The notes beneath the pieces were generated by a model, which was not told where the DNA came from, ran no database searches, and was given only the letters and a program-made list of their open reading frames with translations. A stretch of 20,819 bases of DNA, from IMG/VR virus record IMGVR_UViG_2526164688_000024; one strand, 5' to 3'. The stretch's first letter is position 1, and each line of letters begins with the position of its first letter. Position numbers and translations under genes: made by a program. This document shows positions 1 through 9,171 of the stretch, piece after piece. The DNA is from a virus. Lineage: Duplodnaviria > Heunggongvirae > Uroviricota > Caudoviricetes.

Positions 1-169
1 GGATCCCTTTCACCTGGTTATCTCCCGCAACGGTATTCCCGGCAACCTGCCGGGTGGCAACCGAGACCGCTTTCTGTGCCACACGGTTTATCGCCCATGC
101 GCTGGCCTGTGGCACCATACGGGTATCAAGGCTGTTCAGATTGCGGATGGCATTCTCAAGCCCCTTCAT
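1..169 (-). CDS. Tail completion protein, lambda gpZ-like (5' part only; gene continues beyond window start)
   Basis: Minus-strand ORF starting ATG at 169..167 (SD-like GAGGTG upstream) reads MKGLENAIRNLNSLDTRMVPQASAWAINRVAQKAVSVATRQVAG..., resembling recalled lambda gpZ N-terminus (MAIKGLEQAVENLS...AMAINRVAS...); position after FII-like gene matches lambda order. Confidence 0.55.
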   Translation of the reverse strand, partial: MKGLENAIRNLNSLDTRMVPQASAWAINRVAQKAVSVATRQVAGNTVAGDNQVKGI

Positions 170-180
170 CCCACACCTCT

Positions 181-456
181 TTACTCAATAAAGATCATTG
201 GCTTACCGTTAAAGCGTTCATGCCGTGTGACCGTCCATTGTTGTCCGTCATAAACAACGCGATCCCCGCGCCGTGGGCGGTATCCCGAAGAAAACACCAC
301 CAGAGAGACCGCAGGTCCGGACAGAGCATTCAGCTCTGCCAGTGTTTCTCCCGGGATCACAGTCATATCGACATCATTAATCGAGGCTGTCTTTCCCATC
401 TTTCTGACCGTGATCGCATCCATACGCGCTGCCAGCCGGGAAAAGGGATCAGACAT
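181..456 (-). CDS. Head-tail joining protein, lambda gpFII-like
   Basis: 91-aa ORF, ATG at 456..454, TAA at 183..181; pattern MSDPFSRLAARMDAI...RRGDRVVYDGQQWTV resembles recalled lambda FII (MADFDNLFDAAIARADE...RRGDTLTIGEENFWV); synteny between capsid-side gene and gpZ-like gene. Confidence 0.5.
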   Translation of the reverse strand: MSDPFSRLAARMDAITVRKMGKTASINDVDMTVIPGETLAELNALSGPAVSLVVFSSGYRPRRGDRVVYDGQQWTVTRHERFNGKPMIFIE

Positions 457-772
457 TGAGTTTTACCGGCACTTCTTCTGCACTGGTTCCGGCATCTGCC
501 CAGACAACCCCGACCAGCGGATCAGAGCCGCTGTTAGTCAGCTGAACTTTTCCGGACTTCAGATAAACCTTCTTACCCGTTTTCATGTCATCCGTTTTCA
601 GCTTAGGCAGCATAAACACACCTTCGGTCATGCCGTCGCCTGTTTCACCCTGTGGAATATCGGTCAGCGCCACCGCAAAAACATCGCCCACCTGCACCAG
701 ATCTCCGCTGCTGATGGCTGCACTGGCAACAATCGCCACCGTTTTTCCTTCTTCTACAAAATTCTTTGCCAT
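449..772 (-). CDS. DUF2190-like small head protein (putative decoration/cement protein)
   Basis: ORF track 449..817; likely start is the internal ATG at 772..770 preceded by GGAGACAG (gives MAKNFVEEGKTVAIV...). Gly/Val-rich ~107 aa protein immediately after the capsid gene; family assignment from memory of DUF2190 phage proteins. Confidence 0.45.
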   Translation of the reverse strand: MAKNFVEEGKTVAIVASAAISSGDLVQVGDVFAVALTDIPQGETGDGMTEGVFMLPKLKTDDMKTGKKVYLKSGKVQLTNSGSDPLVGVVWADAGTSAEEVPVKLNV

Positions 773-814
773 AACTGTCTCCGCACAGCCCCGTTCAGGG
801 GCTGATTTCAGGTA

Positions 815-835
815 CAAAAAAAGCCCTTACGGGCC
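815..835 (-). terminator. Rho-independent terminator-like hairpin after capsid gene (minus strand)
   Basis: GCCC-ttac-GGGC stem at 823..834 followed on the minus strand by a run of 7 U (A-run 815..821 on plus strand); a second 7-bp hairpin CAGCCCC-gttca-GGGGCTG at 786..804 lies just upstream of the next SD. Confidence 0.45.
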
Positions 836-858
836 ATCAGAGTTGTTGTCTGCGACGT

Positions 859-2817
859 TTACGCCGTACATTTCACCAGACCGCGGTGATCAACTGGCGC
901 GACACCGGCGTCAATACGCACTTTCGTTGTCACGCCATCCACACTGAAGCCCTCCATCTGATCAATATATGGCGTATCCACACCGTTGAGATAAGCCACT
1001 TCAATCGTATCGGAGCCTTTTGACGCAGCCAGGTAGAAGGTGGTCTGGCTGTTATCATCAAGACGAGGCTCTGCAATAACGGTCGCAAAATCTTTCACCG
1101 GGTTAATAATACCGGCGTTAATGTCAGCCCCCTTGACACTTGAGGAGCGAATGACCTGGTTAGCAACAGACTCCATCGCCGTCGGTACCAGTACGAACGC
1201 AGGACGAATATTCAGATGACGCTCCCCCTCTTTCTGAACGCGCATCAACTGGCGGGCTTTATCCAGCGATGCCACGTCCATTGCAGCGCTCTCCAGTACG
1301 TTTGCATGTTTCGCTTTATCGAACAGACTTACATTATCTGTGGAGATTTTCGGGTTAGACGTCAGAATGGCATAAACCAGATCGGCAATAGTGGATTTCG
1401 CCGCACGGCCCAGTTTCATCGGGACATCGGTCAGCATATTCAGATCATCATTGATAATGGCCTGACGGGTGATACTGAACAGCTCGCCATAGGTCGCCAG
1501 TGCAATAGTGGCCTGTTTATCTCCGGTGGTGACGTATTTATATTCCGCCCCTTCACGCACCTGACGCAGAGCACTGAAGCCCCCCATACCCACACGATGG
1601 GCAATTTTAAAATCAGACAACTGACCTTTCCGCGTCCACTGTTCATAGGTTTCAGGGGCATCTTCCCAGCCCTGCAGAATGGCTTTGTTCGCAACATCCA
1701 GCAGAATATTACCGAAGTCAGACGTACTGTGTGTGAACGCCGCACCGACCATCTGCATCGGGTTATAACTGGAAACCCCAATACCCCGTTCAGTTAGTGA
1801 CATACGGGCATATTCACGCAGGGTCATCCCGTTGTAGACATTATCACGTTCGGTTTTTTCAAATCCGGCACGCGCCATCAGCGCCTGGCGAATCCCGTCC
1901 CCCACAAAATTACCGTTACCGGCATAAATATGAGCCGGGGTATTTTTATTGGATGGCGTGGACTCGCGCCCCATCTCGCTCAACAGCTTTTCGCGGGCCT
2001 GCTCCAGCGAACATTCAGGATCGGCAAGACACTGAGCCTGCAGCGTCTGATAACGCCCGCCAAACATGGCAAACAGATCATTAATACCGTTTACACGCGC
2101 TTTTTGCTCTGCCAGTACCTGCGCACGGATGCTGTTTTCATCCACCACGGGTGCTGCTGCCTGCACTGGCGTCCAGGAGGCTTCAGATTCATTATCCTGT
2201 ACGCGTGGAGCACTGTTGCGTGGCGGAGTAATCATGTTTCGAATGGATTCCGGCATCTTTTTAAATTCCTCTGTACGTTTTGACTGAATACATGCCATTG
2301 CCTTAACGGCTGGCGTTACCTGATCAGCAAATCCATGTGCCAGACATTCGGCACCGGACATCCAGGTCTCATCCGCCAGCATGGCAGCAATTTCATCGGT
2401 GGTTTTCCCGGTTTTCTGTGCATAAGCGGGTAACAGAACCGCCTCAACTTTATCGAGCAGGTCGGCATAGGTGCGCATGTCCTCCGCATCACCGCCCGTA
2501 AAGCCAAATGGTTTATGAATCATCATGAAGGTGTTTTCCGGCATAATGACCGGGTTTCCTACCATCGCAATGACCGACGCCATTGATGCCGCCACACCGT
2601 CGACATAAACGGTAATGGACGCACCATGTGTTTTCAGCGCATTAAAAATGGCGATGCCTTCAAAGACATCGCCACCCGGTGAATTGATATGGAGATTAAT
2701 GTGGGTGATATCGCCCAGTGCATTCAGATCACTGATAAACTGCTTCGCTGTAACACCCCAGAAACCAATCTCGTCATAAATATAAATATCCGCGTCACTC
2801 TGGTGACCAGCCTGCAT
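859..2817 (-). CDS. Prohead protease (ClpP/S49-like) - scaffold - major capsid protein fusion
   Basis: ORF track 859..3078 (739 aa); N-terminal part carries ClpP signature motifs (INSPGGDVFEG, AASMASVIAM, MIHKP), central part is coiled-coil-like, C-terminal ~300 aa looks capsid-like. First in-frame ATG downstream of the portal stop is at 2817 (MQAGHQSDADIYIYDEIGF...); start uncertain, weak SD. Confidence 0.65.
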   Translation of the reverse strand: MQAGHQSDADIYIYDEIGFWGVTAKQFISDLNALGDITHINLHINSPGGDVFEGIAIFNALKTHGASITVYVDGVAASMASVIAMVGNPVIMPENTFMMIHKPFGFTGGDAEDMRTYADLLDKVEAVLLPAYAQKTGKTTDEIAAMLADETWMSGAECLAHGFADQVTPAVKAMACIQSKRTEEFKKMPESIRNMITPPRNSAPRVQDNESEASWTPVQAAAPVVDENSIRAQVLAEQKARVNGINDLFAMFGGRYQTLQAQCLADPECSLEQAREKLLSEMGRESTPSNKNTPAHIYAGNGNFVGDGIRQALMARAGFEKTERDNVYNGMTLREYARMSLTERGIGVSSYNPMQMVGAAFTHSTSDFGNILLDVANKAILQGWEDAPETYEQWTRKGQLSDFKIAHRVGMGGFSALRQVREGAEYKYVTTGDKQATIALATYGELFSITRQAIINDDLNMLTDVPMKLGRAAKSTIADLVYAILTSNPKISTDNVSLFDKAKHANVLESAAMDVASLDKARQLMRVQKEGERHLNIRPAFVLVPTAMESVANQVIRSSSVKGADINAGIINPVKDFATVIAEPRLDDNSQTTFYLAASKGSDTIEVAYLNGVDTPYIDQMEGFSVDGVTTKVRIDAGVAPVDHRGLVKCTA

Positions 2818-2863
2818 CCTGAACCAGGAATTATTCTTCGGACTGGTCGTCGGTGTGCTGCGG

Positions 2864-4339
2864 CTACTGTCGTTTCGTTGCGGCACTGCTGCCTCCTTTA
2901 TCACTGGCCGGATCGGTATCAAATACCAGGTCCAGCTTGCGGTTTTCATCAATTTCGGCCTTGCGCCGACGTTTGACATCATCCGGATTACGACCACCTG
3001 CACGTACCCAGTCTGATTCTGTCGCCGCTCCACCACGAATCTGGATTTTCCAGGCCTCAGCCTCCTTAACAGGATCAATCCACGGCATCACCGGTCCGGA
3101 ATACACCGCGGTATACAGTGAAGAACGGTCAAGATCGCGGGGTAGCCTGATAACACCGGATGCCACAGCCTGTTTCAGCCAGGCACGATACATCGGGCGG
3201 GTGACGGCACCAATAAACCAGTCCTGCAGGATCAGGTAGCCATCAGTGGATTCAACCAGCTCCTGACGCTGGGCGCTGTAAGTGCCGTTATAGTTGCGCG
3301 CTGTACTGGAAAAACTCAGACGACTGCCCGCCGCCACGGCACGCAACTGACCATTACGAAAAGTTTCAAGGTTAGGATTGGGGCGATCCGACTTCACCAT
3401 TCCGATTTCTTCGCCGGGTTTCAGATCGTCGTAAATAATGCCCGGCTGAATGGTAAGCTCACGTTCATTCTCCTTTCTGCCATTACCATCCGGTTCATAC
3501 GCTCTGCCCGTCGCCTTTCCGGATGTACATCCCCAGAGCAGCGGCGATCCTGCTGCAGTCAGCTCAGAATCTTCATATTCTTTCAGGGCACTGAGGCGGA
3601 TCAGCACACCGGACAACAAAGACGTCCCGCGCATCTGGTGCAGACGGCGAACAAATTTAAGATGCAGCATTCGCTCTGCATCCACTTCTTTGGTTTCCAT
3701 CTGCCGTCCGGATACGGGACGGCTTTTATACACCAGATATTTTTCGGGACGCCCCCAGTCATCAACAAACACGCCCTGATTCAGCCTGTTGCTCTCATCA
3801 CTGGTCATGGGAATAAAGTCCGGCTCGAGCGCCTCCAGCCAGAAATGAACACCGGCAGAAGGCGCCAGGCTGTTTATGCGCCCGGAAACCATCTGGGCAA
3901 ACACCTCACCATCGCGCAGCCAGGTACGAAGCATCAGACGTTCCAGCATCGGACGGGTAAACTGCCCGGTGACTTCCGGGCTGACAGACCATTCACTCCA
4001 TCGGGTGCGAATCTCCGCAGCCAGGTCACGGGCAATGGCCCCATTGCGTAATACCGGATGTGGCTCGACAATAATCCCGTTTTTCCCCACCACCCGTTCT
4101 TCCAGCTTGTCAAATACACCAATAACCAGATCGTGGTTGTTATCAAGGTAACGGGCCTGCTCACGTAACGACACGGCCCCGTACTGGCTTAACTGGTCGG
4201 CAGTTCGGTTCTCCCGTCGGGCTTTGTGTGTCCGCGTCGTTTTTACGGCCTCATAAGCCTGGATCACCGCACGGGAACGCAGCCTTGCCGCTTTCCATCC
4301 TGGTGAAAAAACGCCAATCACATCATCAAGAATTGCCAT
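2864..4339 (-). CDS. Portal protein (lambda gpB-like position)
   Basis: ORF track 2864..4411; probable start ATG 4339..4337 (MAILDDVIG...) overlapping the stop of the upstream W-like gene in a TGATG junction; ~491 aa, located between gpW-like and protease-capsid genes as in lambda. Confidence 0.65.
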   Translation of the reverse strand: MAILDDVIGVFSPGWKAARLRSRAVIQAYEAVKTTRTHKARRENRTADQLSQYGAVSLREQARYLDNNHDLVIGVFDKLEERVVGKNGIIVEPHPVLRNGAIARDLAAEIRTRWSEWSVSPEVTGQFTRPMLERLMLRTWLRDGEVFAQMVSGRINSLAPSAGVHFWLEALEPDFIPMTSDESNRLNQGVFVDDWGRPEKYLVYKSRPVSGRQMETKEVDAERMLHLKFVRRLHQMRGTSLLSGVLIRLSALKEYEDSELTAAGSPLLWGCTSGKATGRAYEPDGNGRKENERELTIQPGIIYDDLKPGEEIGMVKSDRPNPNLETFRNGQLRAVAAGSRLSFSSTARNYNGTYSAQRQELVESTDGYLILQDWFIGAVTRPMYRAWLKQAVASGVIRLPRDLDRSSLYTAVYSGPVMPWIDPVKEAEAWKIQIRGGAATESDWVRAGGRNPDDVKRRRKAEIDENRKLDLVFDTDPASDKGGSSAATKRQ

Positions 4340-4551
4340 CAGAACCTCGCCAGCCGGTACCCGGGATGCCCACGTCGTCGTGTAATCAGAGCCGCAAGGC
4401 GGCGCTCCCACTCCTGCCGCCCCTGCCGGATCTCAGATAAGTTTTCCATGGTCATCTGCTGACCATTAAAAGTGACGGATTTTCCGTCCAGCACCGCCAT
4501 TTCAGCTTCCGTATAACGCTGAATCATGGCTTCGATATCATTCTGGTTCAT
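4339..4551 (-). CDS. Head completion protein, lambda gpW-like
   Basis: 70-aa ORF; ATG at 4551..4549 overlaps terL stop (ATGA) with GGAGG 6 nt upstream; C-terminus ...RRRGHPGYRLARF resembles lambda gpW C-terminus (...RRRGPAGFYV). Confidence 0.55.
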   Translation of the reverse strand: MNQNDIEAMIQRYTEAEMAVLDGKSVTFNGQQMTMENLSEIRQGRQEWERRLAALITRRRGHPGYRLARF

Positions 4552-6650
4552 AACCATCCTCCGGAAGTCAGCCAGGGGTTAACATCGTCAGTTACTGTTT
4601 TCTTCCGTTTTTGTTTTTTAACAGGCGTGGATACCGGTTCCGGTGAGGGTGACGGTTCGGTACTGTCCGGGACACACTCCAGCCAGGTCTCCCGGCTCGC
4701 CCACTCCGGTGCATCCGGCCAGCGGATCTTTTCGTATCCATGCAGAATGACCAGAGCCTCGGCATACACCATCAGGTCAAAAGCTTCGTTGGCACCGCGA
4801 CCCGGCTTACTCCATTTCCCGTCACTGCTCCGCTCTTCATACGTCAGTTCGTCGTAAAACCAGCTCCCCAGCCAGTCAGGGAAATGCACATAGCCGGGAC
4901 CTGGCGAGTCACGCCATAACGCGTTATTCACCCGGTCTTTCAGGGCATCCGTCTGAAGAAGCCAGAGCGGCACATCACCTGCGGCCTGCGCCCGGCGGCC
5001 CGTTCGTCCGGTGTTATCAGGGAATGTACGGCTGATCAGTTTTGCGCGCCGGATGCTGTCGCCCTTAAACAGGTAAATACGTTTACCAAGGCCATCACGA
5101 CGGCAACGACGCCAGAATTTATAGGCATTATCAGTGACCCCGTCTTCACCGCCGGAGTCCACCGCCATTGCCATCAGTCGCATTTGTTGAGAAGGATCGG
5201 AGGCCAGCGGCCAGCTTTTATGAAAAACATCCGTCAGCAGGACATCCCAGTCTTCCGGATAGCTGGCCGGATCAATTCGCTGGCTCTCCCCGTCGCAGTC
5301 ACTGCGGCAATGACTGCGTGATGTTGTAACGATCAATAATCCAGCGTTCGCCACGACTGCCATAGCCCGTCACCTGAACCACAAAACGGCGATGACGTCC
5401 CGCCTGCACATCCACTGTCGCCACAAGGAAATTAACGCCATCCGGCACACCGCGGGAAGGAACTGGCTCTGCCCGCTGCTCAAGCAGTTCACTTTTTCGT
5501 TGCTCCATGCTGGCACGAGGAAGATAAGGCAATCCCCAGTCGGTGTTGATAACCGCCCTGAGTGTTTCTTCGCTTCCTGTCGCTTCATACTCCTGTTCTG
5601 CAGTCAGTAATTTGTAAACCAGTTGCGCCCAGGTCTGATACGCAGCAGCTGGCCCTTCCATCCAGAAACTGGCGATACGGGAGCGGCGCGGTTCACCGGA
5701 AACGTTGCCGTTACGATCAATGACCTGACCTTCACGCAACCAGACTCCTGCACTATTGAGCTCACGCTTTTTCTCCGCAGTGATAATGCCGCTGCAGTGC
5801 GGGCAAAGTAGATACGCCGCCTCACTGGCTTTAAAGGGATCCGGTTCATTACGGTAGCCGGTCATGGCATCCATGGCTGGCTGAAAATATTCACCGCAGT
5901 GCGGACATGACCAGTACCAGCGGCGGCGGTCACCACGATTGTAAAGGGAAAGAATACCAGTCGTCGGTGGCGCTTCATGAGGCGACTTACGTCGCCATTT
6001 GCTGTCGCAGATGTCACGTCCCGGCGAGCTCTCCACCAGAGTCATCCCGGCGGACATAAATGTGGTGGTACGTTTTAAGAGGCCAGGGAGAAACCATCAC
6101 CCTCGCTGTCGATATTCTCCGGAAAACGGTCGTAATCGGTTAAGGCGACAAACCGGTAATCCGACGACGACATAATGTTGACCGAGGGCCAACCAATTTT
6201 AAGGAACGAGCCATCCCTGAACGTCTTATCATGGACATTATTGTCGTTACGACGTGGACTCATTCTTTTCTTTACCGCCGCACTGCTTCTGAACGTTCTG
6301 TCGAGGCGCTTTTTAGAATGCTCGCGGGCCTTATCTTCGGTCATCTGCACAACGAGCATGTCCGAAGGATCGCAAACGATGGTATAGACAATCCATCCAT
6401 CGATCAGACCAATGGTCTTCCCTGTTCGCGCAGGACCAACAAAAATCACCGCATCGTATTCACGCGATGCCAGGCAGTTCATGGGCTCAATGATGTAGGG
6501 TGTCAGTTCAGGATCCCATGGCACCGAGTTACCAGCCCCCTTGGGAACACGCATGAATTTTTTAACAGCCTCCGAAATCGGCATGCGACGTGGTGGGGAA
6601 AATCCTGCCGATATGTCCCTTCCCAAATTTCGGGCTGATGAAAAACCCAT
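4548..6650 (-). pseudogene. Terminase large subunit (lambda gpA-like), split into three reading frames
   Basis: Three consecutive minus-strand ORFs (6075..6650, 5299..6057, 4548..5363) in three different frames. Piece 1 has a Walker-A-like VIFVGPARTGKT; piece 2 has WYWSCPHCGEYF (cf. lambda A ...VACPHCGEEQYL); piece 3 has NEAFDLMVYAEAL (cf. lambda A NEALDCFVYALAAL). Frame breaks near 6057-6077 and 5299-5363. Confidence 0.65.
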
Positions 6651-6658
6651 TATTCCTC

Positions 6659-7185
6659 CTAGAGACTCTCTCCTTCCTCATCAGGAATTAATTCAGCAGC
6701 ACAAGCCTCGTAGGATTTTTCCTGAAGAGTGTATCGCAGGTCATCAATGGCCTGCTGTACAACGCCGACGGCCTGAGGAGTCAGGGCGCAATCGCGTTCA
6801 AGAACATCCGGAATTGTCTCCAGAACCTGGACGACAGCCTTTCTCATGGACGAATAGACGATGACTACTTCATCAACGGGGATGAGTTTTCGCTGCTCCT
6901 TTTCCAGCTTGATCCTTTCATTTTCAGACTGGTACCAGTCCTTTCTCTCTTTCGGCTCCATACGGGATGGATCATGAACAGAGTCTGCTGCCTCATGCTT
7001 CACACTAAACAGGGCTGGCCCGACATGCTGCAGGGCGTAAACGGGGTTCCCCTGACAGTCGCAGCCACAGGAGTGTTAGCCGCGAGGTAGCCGTTTTTTA
7101 CTGTGTCCCGGTGAAGCCCAAAGGCCTCAGCGATTTTAAAAACACTCCAGTAATAAGCATCACCGATCCCGCTCACATTTGACAT
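6659..7185 (-). pseudogene. Terminase small subunit (Nu1/NohA-like), frameshifted
   Basis: N-terminal ORF (start ATG 7185..7183 after GGAG; MSNVSGIGDAYYWSVFKIAEAFGLHRDTVKNG = winged-HTH like lambda Nu1) terminates at 7000; the C-terminal part continues in another frame (ORF 6659..7003). Frame switch maps to the GGGG/CCCC runs at ~7043..7052. Confidence 0.55.
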
Positions 7186-7369
7186 AAGCAACTCCATCTG
7201 GCAGGTGAAAATCATGTTTATTTATATATTTCAATTAATTGCAAACTGGTCTAATGACAGGGAGAAAGAAATATTGTACAGGTGAAAAGAGAAATAACTT
7301 TTAATTATCAATAAATTACCAAACATGCTGCCGCCGCCATGGAAATGCAAAAACTAGCCTTTTTCCGCG

Positions 7370-7381
7370 ACGCTCCCGCCC
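7370..7381 (-). other. cosN-like cohesive-end site (lambda-type), with putative cosB/IHF site between it and terS
   Basis: Minus strand reads ACGGGGCGGGAGCGTCGCGG, versus recalled lambda cos ACGGGGCGGCGACCTCGCGG (8/12 identical in the 12-nt core, both flanks identical); lies 155 nt upstream of terS start; IHF-consensus match TATCAATAAATTA at 7306..7318; GC-rich island in AT-rich surroundings. Confidence 0.5.
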
Positions 7382-7569
7382 CGTGGCAGGGGCCCCCACC
7401 GGGAGGACCCGACAGCCTGACAGCCTGACAGCCGTGATGAGCATCTGATACAGCGCTTTACATAATGGCATAGGAATAATTCAGAAGGACATCACAGCAT
7501 GCCCACACAAATTAGTGTGAGTGTCCTGTTTCTTCCTACGCACAGGACTGACGAGCATGAGGGGAAAAT

Positions 7570-7737
7570 ATGCGAACCATAAATGCCTCATCTTCAGCAA
7601 TGCAACCGGCATCCGAACAGGACGATATTGTAAATTCACCTAATTACGAGGACATTGCAGTAGTTGAATTGCAGCTCTGTATTAGCCTGACAGTGACAGA
7701 ATGCGATATTGACTCTGTCACAGGTGAAATAGTTTGA
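7570..7737 (+). CDS. Hypothetical small acidic protein (55 aa)
   Basis: ATG at 7570 preceded by GAGGGG (5-nt spacer); MRTINASSSAMQPASEQDDIVNSPNYEDIAVVELQLCISLTVTECDIDSVTGEIV; below the ORF-track size cutoff; no recognised homologue. Confidence 0.35.
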   Translation: MRTINASSSAMQPASEQDDIVNSPNYEDIAVVELQLCISLTVTECDIDSVTGEIV

Positions 7738-7757
7738 ATGATTAGCAGTTATGGTGC

Positions 7758-7964
7758 TCAGTCAACCACCAGGGAATAATCCTTCGAATTCTTATCGTGC
7801 TTCACCAACGCTGCCTCAATTGCCCTGAATGCTTCCAGAGACACCTGATGTTCTATACATGCAATTACAACATCCGGGTAACTCATAGAAATGGTGCTAT
7901 TAAGCATATTTTTTACACGAATCAGATCCAACGAGACTTCATCAGCAGATTGTTCTTTATTCAT
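7758..7964 (-). CDS. Hypothetical protein (68 aa), possibly the Qin ynfO-position gene
   Basis: ATG 7964..7962 with GGAG 7 nt upstream; convergent with the 55-aa ORF; occupies the slot between terS/cos and ydfO where K-12 Qin carries ynfO (identity not verified). Confidence 0.4.
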   Translation of the reverse strand: MNKEQSADEVSLDLIRVKNMLNSTISMSYPDVVIACIEHQVSLEAFRAIEAALVKHDKNSKDYSLVVD

Positions 7965-8264
7965 TTTGTCGCTCCATGCGTTTGCTCGTCATCTAGCGGT
8001 TAAAATATTACTTCAAATCTTACTGCATAAAAGAGGAAAAGTATGAAAGTTTGAGTACATCGACCTTACATACATCTGTCGGTTGCATATCCCTCCTGGA
8101 TGCCAGCAAGGCTCAATTTTGTTACGCAATCAACACTATTCATTAAAAACAGGCTTAATATTTGACATAAATCATCAACAAAACACAAAGAGGTCAGACC
8201 AGATTGAAACAATAAACACGATAATGCTAACTACGCGCCATCGTATCACATGGAAGGTTTACCA

Positions 8265-8675
8265 ATGGCTCAGGCTGCCATTTTTAAAGAAATATTCGAT
8301 CAAGTGCGTAAAGATTTAAACTGTGAATTATTTTATTCTGAGCTAAAACGTCACAATGTCTCACTTTATATTTACTATTTAGCCACAGATAATATTCACA
8401 TTGTGTTAGAAAACGACAACATAGTGTTATTAAAAGGACTCAAAAAGGTTGTAAATGTTAAATTCTCCAGAAACAAACATCTTATAGAGACCTCCTATAA
8501 TAAGTTGAAATCAAAAGAAATCACATTTCAACAATACAGGGAAAATCTTGCTAAAGCAGGAGTTTTCCGATGGGTTACAAATATCCAGGAACACCAAAGA
8601 TATTACTATGCCTTTGATAACTCATTACTATTTACTGAAAGCATCCAGAAAACTACACAGATCTTACCACGCTAA
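8265..8675 (+). CDS. ydfO: DUF1398-family prophage protein YdfO-like
   Basis: ORF track 8250..8675; preferred start ATG 8265 ([18 protein letters not shown]...) after GGAAGG; sequence and neighbourhood (gnsB, ynfN, cspI) match my recollection of K-12 Qin ydfO. Confidence 0.65.
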   Translation: MAQAAIFKEIFDQVRKDLNCELFYSELKRHNVSLYIYYLATDNIHIVLENDNIVLLKGLKKVVNVKFSRNKHLIETSYNKLKSKEITFQQYRENLAKAGVFRWVTNIQEHQRYYYAFDNSLLFTESIQKTTQILPR

Positions 8676-8826
8676 ACCATAACGTCCGGCTTCTCTCACT
8701 CCTGAGCCGGACTGCATTGGTTTAATAAAAACCATCAACAATTGTGATTTAGATATTCGGAACCATTCAAATATAACAAAACCCCGTAAAAACGAGGTTT
8801 ATGGATAAATTTTATTATTGAATACA

Positions 8827-9000
8827 TCAGATTAAATTAATCTTGACATCATAGCTTTCAAGACCCGTCATTTTTTCCCGTGCGGTAAACTGAATACTGG
8901 TAACTTCTTTCCCGGTCTTTTTCTTAAGTTCAATAATTTTTTTTGTTATATATTCAGAAATATCTGCTTCTGCTTTTGTTTTTAAGTTTTCAATATTCAT
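8827..9000 (-). CDS. gnsB: GnsA/GnsB-family small protein (57 aa)
   Basis: Not in ORF track (<60 aa). Minus strand ATG 9000..8998 after AAGAGGAA; translation MNIENLKTKAEADISEYITKKIIELKKKTGKEVTSIQFTAREKMTGLESYDVKINLI closely resembles recalled GnsA/GnsB (MNIEELKKQAETEIADFIAQKIAELNKNTGKEVSEIRFTAREKMTGLESYDVKIKIM). Confidence 0.8.
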   Translation of the reverse strand: MNIENLKTKAEADISEYITKKIIELKKKTGKEVTSIQFTAREKMTGLESYDVKINLI

Positions 9001-9171
9001 CATTTCCTCTTTTAGTCTGTTATGACTTTCCAGTTACACAGTAAGTCGATTATATGGTGCAAACGTGTAAAAGATAAGATGAAACATCGCAATAATCAAC
9101 ATACGATAGTCTAAATTTTACACAAACAGACAAAGAGAATTTTCCTGAATTATCAATACAATAGCATCAAA

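Noticed and set aside
410-947. Plus-strand ORFs 410..805 and 585..947 overlapping the DUF2190-like and FII-like genes
   Set aside because: Antisense to better-supported minus-strand genes and spanning the terminator hairpins; no RBS.
1216-4151. Multiple plus-strand ORFs (e.g. 1216..1797, 1930..2283, 2853..3239, 3638..4051) inside the capsid/portal region
   Set aside because: All are antisense to long, motif-supported minus-strand genes and lack RBSs; classic shadow ORFs in GC-balanced coding DNA.
7331-7343. GCCGCCGCCATGG, identical to a eukaryotic Kozak consensus
   Set aside because: Lies inside the GC-rich cos region of a bacterial prophage; the following ORF is ~32 codons with no bacterial RBS. 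Treated as coincidence arising from cos-associated GC-rich sequence.
7412-7435. Tandem GACAGCCT repeats considered as a possible CRISPR or minisatellite array
   Set aside because: Only three 8-bp units with no spacers; far too short for CRISPR. Interpreted instead as part of the cos region.
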